Position numbers and translations under genes: made by a program. From positions 28,920 to 92,919 of the forward strand of contig JAOSJQ010000018.1 of assembly GCA_027494035.1 (NCBI GenBank): DNA of 64,000 bases, written 5' to 3'. This document shows positions 36,784 to 46,219 of this stretch, one piece after another. Each line of letters begins with the position of its first letter. Position 1 is the stretch's first letter. This DNA comes from Anaerolineales bacterium (GTDB lineage: Bacteria; Chloroflexota; Anaerolineae; Anaerolineales; UBA4823). Under the pieces are notes generated by a model. It had not been told where the DNA came from and did no database searches. It worked only from the letters and a program-made list of their open reading frames with translations.

Positions 36784-39700
36784 TACTCGCTTTGATTCTT
36801 AACGAGCTCAAAAACTTGATCGGTCAATGCCTGGTCTTTCAGATGCTTACGGATAGCAAGCCAAACCTCTCTTTCCTTGACCCTGTGGCCCCGCCAACCA
36901 TCTTTTTTGGTCTGGCGAATTTCAGTGTCCAGTGAGAGGGCAAGTTGTTCATCATTTCCCAAGTTATCGAAGAGCGCCCGCTTAGCCCGGGTATCGAGCG
37001 ACTTGGGGTAAGAGGTTCCAATGGTGGGATTATTGACCTGTTTGGCTAAGGCCACGATTCGTGAGAGATATTCCTCGTACTCCAACGCTCTTTGTTTCCG
37101 TTCCTGAATGAGCGTATCGAGCAAATCCGACATGCGCTCGTAATACTTCGGATTGATCGGATTCTCGTCAATAATCACCCGACGCAAGTTGTTTTCAATG
37201 GTTTCGGCGATAGCTTCAGGATTACTGGCGATCCCCTCAGGGAGATCATTCACGGCGTCGGGACCACGCTCAACAATGAGCTCCACGAGTGTTAGGTCAT
37301 CAAAGGCCGAGACTTTTTCGCTCTCTTCGGCGCGGATATAGGTGTCAATTAGGTGGCGCATAGCGGGCTCATACATTTTTAGGTCAATGTAATCGCCGCT
37401 GGCTATCTTGACCTCAGTTCGCACTTTCTCGTAGTAATCGACTTCCCTCTTGATCGTCTCTGTTTCTGACTCACTATAACCGGCATCCTGCATTTCGTTG
37501 GCAAGATTGGCATAGGCGCGAATCAAAGACACTGTGAGCTTGTAGAGCGCAAGGCGTTTCGGTTCGTTTTCCTTGAGCGCATCCTTATCGGTAGTGTCTT
37601 CCGCACAGAAATACCGGATGTAAGCTTGGGTATCTTTAGGCGGATCGACCGGTTCGCAGAGGGCCTTTATGGCTTCGCGCGCCTCTTCCAGCCGTTCCCG
37701 GCCTTTGTCCAGACGGTCGCTCAGCAATCCGGCGACATCTTCCTCATCAAAGTCATCGAACGCGCCTGACGTGTAATCATGTACCGACCCTTCCAAGCTC
37801 TGGAATAGGTCTTTGTAATCCACGATGTAGCCATATTCCTTATCGTCACCATCTAGCCGGTTTACCCGGCAGATAGCCTGGAACAGGCCATGATCGCGCA
37901 TCTGCTTATCGATATAGAGATAGGTCGCCGACGGTGCATCAAAACCAGTCAACAACTTGTCTACCACGATCAGCAACTTCATTTGTCCCGGCTCTTCGAC
38001 GAACTTTTTCTTTACTTCTCTCTCAAAAACATCTGGGTCTTTGCCACCCAGCATCTCCTCGTAAATATCGTACTGCCTGAGTTTTTCGGTCAAACCTTCG
38101 CCGGTCGTTTCACCTTTAATGTCACTAGGGGATGGCCGGTAAGAGGTCACGATGGCGCATTTGTCAAATCCATGTGAGACAAACAACTCGTAAAACTTGC
38201 AGGCTTGGTAGATGCTCCCGGAGACCAGTAGGGCATTCCCGCGTCCGCTTTGCAGACGATCCTTGGTTTCCATGTCCAATAGGATATCTGCAACAATCGT
38301 CTCCAGGCGCGACTTCGAACTGAGAACCTTTTGCATGGTGCCCCATTTTTGCTTGAGTTGTGCCAGCGCGACGTCATTCAACCCCTTGGTTTTTTTGTCA
38401 AACCAAAGATCAATCTTCTCTTGTGAGGTGATGTTCTGGTCAATGTCGCGGGCTTCGTAACGCAGGTCTAGTACGACCTTGTCTTTGACCGCCTCATCGT
38501 ATTTGTAGGTGTGAATGTACCCTCCAAATACCTCGATGCTTTTTTGCTTATCAGCTTTGAGTAGTGGGGTGCCCGTGAAACCGATAAATACCGCATTAGG
38601 CAAGATCTGCTTCATGGCTTCGTGCAGCACGCCCGATTGCGTGCGATGGCACTCATCCACAAAGACGAAAATGTTTCCCTTTGCCTTGAAATCAGGTGTC
38701 AGGCTGCGCCTCAACTCATCCACGTATCCGGCAATATCACCTTCTTCTTTGCCTGCGAACTTATGGATCAGCGAGCACATTAGCCAGGGCTTGGCTGCGT
38801 TGAGCTGCGTAAGGAGATCCTGCCCACTCTTGGTACGATAAATATCCTCGTTGACCCCCTGATAGACCCGCTCGATTTGCTCGTCCAACTCGGTGCGGTC
38901 CGTGATGACCAGTACGCGGGGGTCAGTCACATGTTCCCGAATCCACTTGGTTAACCAGACCATCGTCAGGCTTTTGCCGCTTCCCTGGGTATGCCAGATG
39001 ATTCCACCCTCACGCCGACGCACATACTCCTGTGTGGCCTTCACTCCAAAGTACTGGTTTGGACGACAGATCTTTTTTACACCGGCGTCGAAGACAATAA
39101 AGTCATGGATGATTTCTAGGAAACGCGGTTTTTCGCATAATTGCAGTAAGTGCCGGTCGAGCAAATTCTCAACCGTGCTGTCTTCTTTCCAGGTTAGGTA
39201 GTATTTTTCCGGCGTTTCAATGGTTGCATAGCGCAGCCCCTGGGTGTCATTACCCGCCATAACCAACTGCACCGTACCGAAGAAAGGTTTGATGAATCGA
39301 TTTTGCTGGTTGTCCAGGTTTTGGCGAATGCCCTCTGAGACCCCGACCACCGAACGCTTGAGTTCCAGCACACCCAGTGCAATGCCGTTGACATACAGCA
39401 CCACGTCCGGACGCTTGTCGTGTTCGCCGCGCACCGTTACCTCTTCGGCGATGGTAAAGTGGTTATTAAGCGGGTTTTTCCAGTCGATCAGCCAGACAGT
39501 TTCGGTATTCTCGCCTACGTCAGGCAGCACCTTCACCCCGTAGCGCAGCAGGCCATACAGGTCTTTACTGAGGTCGTAGAGGCTTTTGCTCTGGTCGCTC
39601 ACAGCCTTGTTGACGTCAAACATGGCTTTGGCGATCAGGACTTCGTTGTATCCCTGCTCCCGTAGGTAAGCACGCAGAGCAGACTCTTCGATGTTCCGGT

Positions 39701-39809
39701 TATCCTCGCGCTTTTCCCAGTTGCCCAGATACGTATAGTCCAAGGCGTCTTGAAACAATCTGACTACCCGGTTCTGGGTAGCGCGCTCGATTTGTCCAAC
39801 TGTGCTCAT
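36780..39809 (-). CDS. hsdR: type I restriction endonuclease subunit R
   Basis: RPDVVLYVNGIALGVLELK, HTQGSGKS, DECHR, FTGTP, KLLTGFDAP. Confidence 0.95.
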   Translation of the reverse strand: MSTVGQIERATQNRVVRLFQDALDYTYLGNWEKREDNRNIEESALRAYLREQGYNEVLIAKAMFDVNKAVSDQSKSLYDLSKDLYGLLRYGVKVLPDVGENTETVWLIDWKNPLNNHFTIAEEVTVRGEHDKRPDVVLYVNGIALGVLELKRSVVGVSEGIRQNLDNQQNRFIKPFFGTVQLVMAGNDTQGLRYATIETPEKYYLTWKEDSTVENLLDRHLLQLCEKPRFLEIIHDFIVFDAGVKKICRPNQYFGVKATQEYVRRREGGIIWHTQGSGKSLTMVWLTKWIREHVTDPRVLVITDRTELDEQIERVYQGVNEDIYRTKSGQDLLTQLNAAKPWLMCSLIHKFAGKEEGDIAGYVDELRRSLTPDFKAKGNIFVFVDECHRTQSGVLHEAMKQILPNAVFIGFTGTPLLKADKQKSIEVFGGYIHTYKYDEAVKDKVVLDLRYEARDIDQNITSQEKIDLWFDKKTKGLNDVALAQLKQKWGTMQKVLSSKSRLETIVADILLDMETKDRLQSGRGNALLVSGSIYQACKFYELFVSHGFDKCAIVTSYRPSPSDIKGETTGEGLTEKLRQYDIYEEMLGGKDPDVFEREVKKKFVEEPGQMKLLIVVDKLLTGFDAPSATYLYIDKQMRDHGLFQAICRVNRLDGDDKEYGYIVDYKDLFQSLEGSVHDYTSGAFDDFDEEDVAGLLSDRLDKGRERLEEAREAIKALCEPVDPPKDTQAYIRYFCAEDTTDKDALKENEPKRLALYKLTVSLIRAYANLANEMQDAGYSESETETIKREVDYYEKVRTEVKIASGDYIDLKMYEPAMRHLIDTYIRAEESEKVSAFDDLTLVELIVERGPDAVNDLPEGIASNPEAIAETIENNLRRVIIDENPINPKYYERMSDLLDTLIQERKQRALEYEEYLSRIVALAKQVNNPTIGTSYPKSLDTRAKRALFDNLGNDEQLALSLDTEIRQTKKDGWRGHRVKEREVWLAIRKHLKDQALTDQVFELVKNQSEY

Positions 39810-40990
39810 ATCAACCTCGTTTTGCCGGTGAGTAACTCTTGCATCATACCCTGCTTGAGGGCTCTAGTTTTCTCTCGCCGCTTTTCGAGCGCGGCGATTT
39901 CGGCATCCATGTCAGAGAGGACCGCAGCGATGGCGGTTTGTTCTTTTGGAGAAGGAACATCAATCTCTAAGTGTTGATATTCTGAAATGTAATACCGCTT
40001 GTGGTCTCCTAGCGAGAATTTGATCGCCTGCATTTTCTCAAATACGAAGCGCAGGTCTATTTCTTTGTGTTTAGGTTTGAGCAATTTGATAGCAGAGGAT
40101 TTTACCTTGAACGGAAAATCCACATATCTGCTTGCAGTAGTGAAATCATCAAAGACGATCACGGGTAGATTCTGATAAATCCCGTTTTCTTCATTGGTGT
40201 ATCCAAGAATAAACGTCTTCCCTGCGGTTAGCACTGGCGTGCCGCTATCGTCGTATTCAGTGTCTTTGACTAGATATCTGCCTGGTTGTTCATAATCCAG
40301 GAGATCTCCCAACTGCTTTGTCTCCCAGGCTTCGCTGAATCCCGGCAAGCGCGTCTTACCAGTGATCAGCGCTTGCATTGCGCTCTGCTTGACATCGCGC
40401 TTCTTGGCAATAAGGTCATCCAACGCAGCAATTTGGTCATCGACATCGTTCAATACTTCGGCAATGGCGTGTTGTTCTTCAATCGTTGGCGGAAGCGGGA
40501 TTGTATATCGCTTGAGCCAAGCGTATTCAATGCTTTCAACTGTTGTTCCTGTCTTCATACAAATTGATAAGATGTGAGAACCTTTATGGAGCAAGACATG
40601 AAGCAGATAATCAGCTACTATTTTTTTGTTTGGAATGACAGCTTTCAAATCTTGGTTGATTGCAACTGGCACAATATTTGTGGCTACTGGGAGGTATTTT
40701 CTGAGAATGCCACTTCGCATGACTACCAAAACCGCACCTTCATCAAGCAGAATTGTGCTTGATTCCCTCACTGAAGCCTCGGTGATTTTATATAGAGTGT
40801 GAGACAGTCTATTGACTTTAACATCACCGGAAGAAACCCAAGGGATAGTTCCGTTTGACCAATACGCTAAATGTGACTTTGAAGGTGTACCACCACCTTT
40901 CCAAGTCCCCAGTTCCTCCAAACTTATAGGATTCCAATCTTCAGGAATCACACCAACCTCAGTCTGCTTATAACCTGGTTTCACTACCAT
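39806..40990 (-). CDS. hsdS: type I restriction-modification specificity subunit S
   Basis: Two TRDs with IPLPPTIEEQHAIA and PSPKEQTAIA conserved helices; ends QELLTGKTRL. Confidence 0.95.
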   Translation of the reverse strand: MVVKPGYKQTEVGVIPEDWNPISLEELGTWKGGGTPSKSHLAYWSNGTIPWVSSGDVKVNRLSHTLYKITEASVRESSTILLDEGAVLVVMRSGILRKYLPVATNIVPVAINQDLKAVIPNKKIVADYLLHVLLHKGSHILSICMKTGTTVESIEYAWLKRYTIPLPPTIEEQHAIAEVLNDVDDQIAALDDLIAKKRDVKQSAMQALITGKTRLPGFSEAWETKQLGDLLDYEQPGRYLVKDTEYDDSGTPVLTAGKTFILGYTNEENGIYQNLPVIVFDDFTTASRYVDFPFKVKSSAIKLLKPKHKEIDLRFVFEKMQAIKFSLGDHKRYYISEYQHLEIDVPSPKEQTAIAAVLSDMDAEIAALEKRREKTRALKQGMMQELLTGKTRLI

Positions 40991-43422
40991 GTGAATCCCA
41001 ACTTTCCCAGGTGGGCGTTCACCTTGTGGCTTAGCGCTTCCACGACTTCGGCCAGTTGGGGTAGGGGCTCTCCATAGCGCTCCGCAAGTTGCTTGATGCG
41101 CCCGGTCAACACCTGCGACACACGGTCAAGTTCGCTCTGGACAGCGTCGTCCAGCGTCGCCAGCCACTTGTCTTCCACGACCAAGGTCTTCACCTCGTTC
41201 TCGCTCAACGCCGGGTACTTGGCGATAACCATGGCGTCCAAAGCCTCTTGAGCCTCTTTGGTGTGCTTCTTGAGGGCACTTTCTTTGTCCATCAACGCGA
41301 GATAGTCGCTCAGGACTTGGTATTCATCAGCGTAATCCGGCTCGTCTTTGATTGCCTTGAGGCGGGTAGTTACATCTTTCTTGGTGTAATTCCCTTTTTC
41401 GTTCTTGGCTTCAAATAACAACCCTTCTTCGCTGCCATGCTCTTCGTCGAGTTCTTCCATCTGGCGAGTGATGTCATCCCTGGCCGTTTCCAACGCCTCA
41501 ATCGTTTGTTGTTCGGCGGCAAAATAACGGGCGACAATCAGTGACGGCGGAATCAAATCCGCCTTATATTTCCGTTTGCCCACCTCAAAATCGGCCTTTT
41601 CTGTGATCTTCTGGCCATTCTGTGCCACAAGCAACCGCAGCTTGTTGGCTCCAAGCCAACCGTCAACAACGACCAGGTATACATCGTCCTGCATCGTCTC
41701 GACCCAGTAGCTCATGAGGTGTTGATATACGTCATGCTTGTCAATCAGCACGGTGTCAGCGAACACCTGGAGAAGATCTTCCGAGATCTCCTCAATCAGT
41801 TCTTTGGGACGGGTGCCTGCGTCAATGGCCTTAAGTCGGGGCGTATTTGTTGCCTGCCAGCGGGCGAAGAGGGTACACACCGTGTTGGCATAAGCCACAA
41901 ACTCGGGGTGCGCGAAGATAACCGGCTTGATCTGCGCGGCGTCAACCTTTAGTTGGCTGTAACCCTCCCGCTCGATGGGTTCGAAAAGCTCTTGTTTGAG
42001 TGAAGGGAACACTTCCCAAAAACGCGCAAGGTCGTCAATGTCCCGATTGGGAATACCGCCGAGCAAGTGTGCCTCGATATCATGCAGGTCCTCTGGGTCG
42101 GCGCTGTCAATATAGCGCGGGATGTTTAGATTGAAGTCGTTGGCTTCAATTTCGGTTAAGCTTACCATCCGCGAGTACCTGGGTAGTTCGATCTGTCGGT
42201 TGAACACATCCACAATCTTGTGGATGTCCTGGTGACGCAGGCGGTTCTTATTGCCGTCCTTCTTGAAGCCTTTGCTGGCATCGATCATGAAGATGCCAGC
42301 GCGGTTGGCAGCATTTTCCTTGTCGAGGATGATGATGCAGGCCGGAATGCCGGTGCCATAAAATAGGTTGGGAGGTAAGCCAATGATGCCTTTGATGTAC
42401 CCTCTACGAACGATGTTGCGGCGGATTTCGGCTTCTGCGTTACCCCGGAACAGCACCCCATGCGGAAGGATGATCGCCCCCTTGCCAGTACTTTTCAGTG
42501 AGCGCAAGATGTGCAGCAAGAAGGCATAATCGCCGTTCTTTTTGGGCGGAATGCCGTCCACAAAGCGTTGATAGATGTCATTCGCTGGATCGAACCCGTT
42601 GCTCCATGCTTTGGAGGAAAACGGCGGATTGGCTACGGCAAAGTCAAAGGTCTTGAGACTCCCATCTTTTTCTTTGAAGTAGGGGCTGGAGAGAGTGTTA
42701 TCTTTCCAGATTTCAGCCGCAGGGTTGTCATGCAAGTACATGTTCATCTTGGCGAGCGTGACTGTGGCATTATCCATTTCTTGACCATAGATGGTCACGC
42801 CGGTTCGGGCTTCGTCAGCCGCCTTGAGCAGCAATGAGCCAGAGCCACAAGTCGGGTCATAAATGGTCTGATCCTGGCGCTTAGCGTGCTGAATCCCGAT
42901 GACCTTAGCCATAATCCTCGAGACTTCAGCTGGAGTGTAGAACTGTCCTTTACTCTTGCCCGATTCGGTGGCGAAGTTTCGCATCAGGTACTCATAGGCG
43001 TCGCCGAGGATGTCATCGCCATCAGCACGGTTGCGACTGAAATCTAGTCCCGGCACTTCAAAGATGGCGATCAGGTTGGACAGGCGATCAACCATCTCCT
43101 TGTCTTTGCCTAATTTGTCCGCATTGTTGAAGTCGGGCATTTCATTTGCGCTCAGAGAAGTGCCACTAACAAGTCTCGCAATAATCTTGTTGATTTTGTC
43201 GCCGATCTCTACGTCGCCCTTGAGTGCAACCATATCGGCGAAACTTCCGCCCTCAGGGACTTCAATCAGTGCGTCAGGTTGTCCGGCATACTTGTCTGAG
43301 ACGTATTTGACGAACAGGAGAACCAGCACGTAGTCCTTGTATTGCGAGGCATCCATGCCGCCACGGAGTTCGTCGCAGCTTTTCCAGAGAGAACTGTAGA
43401 GCTCACTTTTCTTGATTGCCAT
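40984..43422 (-). CDS. hsdM: type I restriction-modification methyltransferase subunit M
   Basis: LRGGMDASQYKDY, GQFYTP, DPTCGSGSLL, ANPPFS. Confidence 0.97.
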   Translation of the reverse strand: MAIKKSELYSSLWKSCDELRGGMDASQYKDYVLVLLFVKYVSDKYAGQPDALIEVPEGGSFADMVALKGDVEIGDKINKIIARLVSGTSLSANEMPDFNNADKLGKDKEMVDRLSNLIAIFEVPGLDFSRNRADGDDILGDAYEYLMRNFATESGKSKGQFYTPAEVSRIMAKVIGIQHAKRQDQTIYDPTCGSGSLLLKAADEARTGVTIYGQEMDNATVTLAKMNMYLHDNPAAEIWKDNTLSSPYFKEKDGSLKTFDFAVANPPFSSKAWSNGFDPANDIYQRFVDGIPPKKNGDYAFLLHILRSLKSTGKGAIILPHGVLFRGNAEAEIRRNIVRRGYIKGIIGLPPNLFYGTGIPACIIILDKENAANRAGIFMIDASKGFKKDGNKNRLRHQDIHKIVDVFNRQIELPRYSRMVSLTEIEANDFNLNIPRYIDSADPEDLHDIEAHLLGGIPNRDIDDLARFWEVFPSLKQELFEPIEREGYSQLKVDAAQIKPVIFAHPEFVAYANTVCTLFARWQATNTPRLKAIDAGTRPKELIEEISEDLLQVFADTVLIDKHDVYQHLMSYWVETMQDDVYLVVVDGWLGANKLRLLVAQNGQKITEKADFEVGKRKYKADLIPPSLIVARYFAAEQQTIEALETARDDITRQMEELDEEHGSEEGLLFEAKNEKGNYTKKDVTTRLKAIKDEPDYADEYQVLSDYLALMDKESALKKHTKEAQEALDAMVIAKYPALSENEVKTLVVEDKWLATLDDAVQSELDRVSQVLTGRIKQLAERYGEPLPQLAEVVEALSHKVNAHLGKLGFTW

Positions 43423-43584
43423 AAAAACCCCATCTGTTAAGACTTATACCATTGAAACATATCATACCAGAGGGAAACTCTGGCAAACGGAGCTTGTGTG
43501 ATGTATGGACGACGTTGTCGTAATAGAGTATGTTCATCGTCAATTTTACCCGGTTTGATGGAGCTTATCCAGGCGAATCAACGC

Positions 43585-43618
43585 AAAAAGAGCCCGATCA
43601 AAGCTGATCAGGCTCTTT
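43585..43618 (-). terminator. intrinsic terminator 20 nt downstream of the integrase HTH tail
   Basis: Minus-strand AAAGAGCCUGAUCA-GCUU-UGAUCGGGCUCUUUUU hairpin plus U tract. Confidence 0.75.
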
Positions 43619-43637
43619 AGCGATTTGAAAATCTGAT

Positions 43638-43894
43638 CTACTTCCTCTTCCCCCTCAATATCTGGTACACCCGATTCTTCGAGATGCCATACTCCCTGGC
43701 CAAGTCAGGCACGCTCATGCCAGCAGCATACTGAGCCCGGATTTCGGCATTGCGATTTGTCTTTTTGGGAGTACTCTGAGATTGCGGTGATTGGGGAGTT
43801 GGCGAACCTGGATACAGTCGATTCACCAGGGAGAAAACAGCTTCTTCGAAGGTAAAAATAAAGCTGCCATCTGCTCTAAAGGCATGTGGCAGCC
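43638..43894 (-). other. detached C-terminal 85 aa (HTH) of the element A serine integrase
   Basis: Open frame continuous with the att-core codons P-M-G-H in the same frame used by the integrase at 9836-9850; ends RNAEIRAQYAAGMSVPDLAREYGISKNRVYQILRGKRK. Confidence 0.8.
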
Positions 43895-43909
43895 TGTGCC
43901 CCATAGGGG
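43895..43909. repeat. right att core overlapping the tRNA-Glu 3' end
   Basis: Exact match to 9836-9850. Confidence 0.92.
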
Positions 43910-43969
43910 ACTCGAACCCCTGTTTCCGCCTTGAGAGGGCGATGTCCTGGGCCGCTAGACGAATGGGGC
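43897..43969 (-). tRNA. tRNA-Glu (anticodon CTC), 73 nt, CCA not encoded
   Basis: Acceptor stem GCCCCAT/ATGGGGC, anticodon arm TCGCC-CTCTCAA-GGCGG, T-loop GGTTCGAGTCC. Confidence 0.97.
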
Positions 43970-43984
43970 TACACAGCACGCGGC

Positions 43985-44013
43985 ATTGTACCAGCCCCCT
44001 CCCTTGCCGTCAA
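43985..44013 (-). promoter_or_regulatory. sigma70-type promoter of tRNA-Glu
   Basis: TTGACG-17 bp-TACAAT with an extended TG. Confidence 0.8.
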
Positions 44014-44171
44014 GCTAAGATTCTCCGGCCATCTCCGGTCACCAGGCAGGCATCCTCACCCCAGACCGCGCCGCGCCCCCGCCCCACTGTCTTCCTGGTG
44101 CGCCGCGCCCCGCACAGAGTCAGCTTCGCGGTGAGGTTTTTCTGCAGGAGATGTCTCCCACTGGCCAGGCG

Positions 44172-45482
44172 CTACTCCGGCGCGGCGGTCAGCGGCGCTG
44201 GCATGGCCAACACCTTATCCACGCGGTGCCCGTCCATATCCACGACCTCGAAGCGGTAGCCGAACGCTTCAAAGAAATCACCGGTGGCGGGGATGCGCTC
44301 TAGCTCGCTCATCACGAACCCCCCCAGGGTCTCATAGCGGGCGCTCTCCTCCAGCGTCGTGATACGCAACAGGTCGGCCAGGCGCTGGATAGAGACCAGG
44401 CCGTCGAGCAGCCACGAGCCGTCGTCGCGCTGGACAATCTGCAGCTCAATCGTCTCCTGCGAGATCGCCACATCGCCGACGACCTCTTCCAGGATGTCGG
44501 TCAAGGTGACCAACCCCTGCACCCCGCCGTACTCGTCAATGACGACGGCGATGCGATTGCCCGTCTTCTTGAACATGTCGAAGACGCTCAGCGCCAGCGT
44601 TGTCTCTGGCACAAACAGAGGGCGCTGCAAGTCGGCATCCATGTCGAGCGGCTGGTTGCACAGCAGCCGCTCCAGCACATCAGCCGCGTGTACGATGCCC
44701 TGGATGCTGTCCAGATCGCCGCTGGCCACCGGGAAATGGGAATGGGGACTGGCGATCAGCTTGCTGCGAATCTCTTCCGGCGAATCGCCGGTATCGAACC
44801 AGTCAATCTCCGTGCGGGGGGTCATCAGAGCACCGACGCGCAGATCAGCCAGGCGAAAGACCCGCGCGACCATATCGCGCTCGGCCTCTACATATGCGCC
44901 GAGATCGGTGCCCTGATCAATCATCACGTTGATCTCTTCTTCCGTCACCGGCGACTCAACGGAAGCCGCGACGCCGAAAAGACGCAGCGCCAGGTTGGTG
45001 GAGGCGCTGAGCGTGAAGACCAGGGGGGCGGTGAGCCTGGAGAGCAAGCTCATCGGCCCGGCGACCGCAGCGGCAATGTCCTCCGGGCGACTGAGGGCCA
45101 CGCTCTTGGGCACCAGTTCGCCGATGACCAGCGACAGGTAAGTGATGATCAGCACGACAATCGCCAGGCTGAGGGCGTCCGCATAGCGCGCCAGGAAAGC
45201 AATCTCCCTGAGCACACCTGCCAGGTGTTTGGCCAGCGTCGCCCCGCCGAACGCGCCCGCCAGGATGCCGATCAGCGTGATGCCAATCTGGACCGTCGCC
45301 AGGAAATTGCGCGGCTCATTAGCCAGATCGAGCGCTGCGCGTGCTTTGGCGTCGCCGGTGTTGGCTCGCTGCTGCAAGCGAGCTTTGCGCGCCGAGATCA
45401 CGGCAGCCTCGGACATGGCGAACAGGCCGTTGGCAAGGATGAGGACGAAGAGGATCACAACCTCAAAGGCCAGCGAAGACAT
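44172..45482 (-). CDS. CNNM/TlyC hemolysin-family protein (DUF21 + CBS + CorC)
   Basis: NGLFAMSEAA, FLATVQIGIT, GELVPK, MTPRTEI, VIDEYGG, DMDGHRVDKV. Confidence 0.93.
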   Translation of the reverse strand: MSSLAFEVVILFVLILANGLFAMSEAAVISARKARLQQRANTGDAKARAALDLANEPRNFLATVQIGITLIGILAGAFGGATLAKHLAGVLREIAFLARYADALSLAIVVLIITYLSLVIGELVPKSVALSRPEDIAAAVAGPMSLLSRLTAPLVFTLSASTNLALRLFGVAASVESPVTEEEINVMIDQGTDLGAYVEAERDMVARVFRLADLRVGALMTPRTEIDWFDTGDSPEEIRSKLIASPHSHFPVASGDLDSIQGIVHAADVLERLLCNQPLDMDADLQRPLFVPETTLALSVFDMFKKTGNRIAVVIDEYGGVQGLVTLTDILEEVVGDVAISQETIELQIVQRDDGSWLLDGLVSIQRLADLLRITTLEESARYETLGGFVMSELERIPATGDFFEAFGYRFEVVDMDGHRVDKVLAMPAPLTAAPE

Positions 45483-45950
45483 CAGATTGGTGGTTTTCTC
45501 AGTCTCACATACAAGGCGGACTCTAGCGCCCTTTTCCTTCGCTGCCCAATAATCGGCCCGGCGGGAGACGGGCTGCGCCTGCTCCGGGTCTGCGAACAAT
45601 CTGCTGCGAGGGGAAGTTCAGGAATGCGCGCTGAAGGCCCCTCCCCCTGGCCCCCTCCTGACAGGGGTAGGTTTTTCATTCTTTGAGCGAGGAACCGTCC
45701 GATGCGCTTTCGCTCAAACCGTTAAAAACTTATCCCTGAGAGCTGGCCACGTGCAGCGAGCCAAGTCCCCCTCTCTAGCTCGGCTGGAGAGGGGGAGTCG
45801 GGGCGCGCCAGCGCCGAGATGGGGGTGAGGTAAAGCCAGGAGCTACCCTAAGCCGCGCTGGCGGGGAAAGGGGCCGGAAGATAGGGGCTGAAAGTGCATA
45901 ACGCCCTAATGAGATTTGACATTCAAGACGGGTAATACGCGCAAATATTA

Positions 45951-45982
45951 TGTAGGGGCGGGTTTACAAACCCGCCCCTACA
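45951..45982. repeat. REP-like palindrome (GTAG family)
   Basis: TGTAGGGGCGGGTTT-AC-AAACCCGCCCCTACA, perfect 15-bp arms. Confidence 0.85.
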
Positions 45983-46219
45983 AGCGGCTGCCGATCATGA
46001 TCGTCAGATCTCATGAGGGGGACGATCTGGCGAGCAACTCTCCCCTTCCCCTGGTTTTGCTGGAGGAAGAGGCCGGGGAATAGGGGCGTTCGCCAGAACG
46101 CCCAACAGCTTGTTCGCGCACCCCCTGCTCCCCGGCAATTGACCGCCCTCCCCCCTGCGGTTAGAATGAGACCGCACAGATCGGATGGGCCGGTCTGCCG
46201 AATCGCGAGCAGCGTACCC

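Larger units (their letters stand above)
9836..43909. mobile_element. about 34-kb integrative (mobilisable) element A inserted in tRNA-Glu
   Basis: Flanking 15-bp direct repeats, terminal serine integrase, replication/mobilisation genes, defence cargo, and visibly lower GC than the host DNA to the right. Confidence 0.9.

Noticed and set aside
43638-43979. Stand-alone 113-aa gene as listed in the ORF track
   Set aside because: Its first 28 codons run through the tRNA gene; only the part from the att core onward is protein-like.
45640-45880. CCCCTCTC...GAGAGGGG...GGGGTGAGG palindromes (also near 58760-58890)
   Set aside because: A common intergenic repeat style in such genomes; no associated enzyme is seen here, so they were not treated as a separate system.
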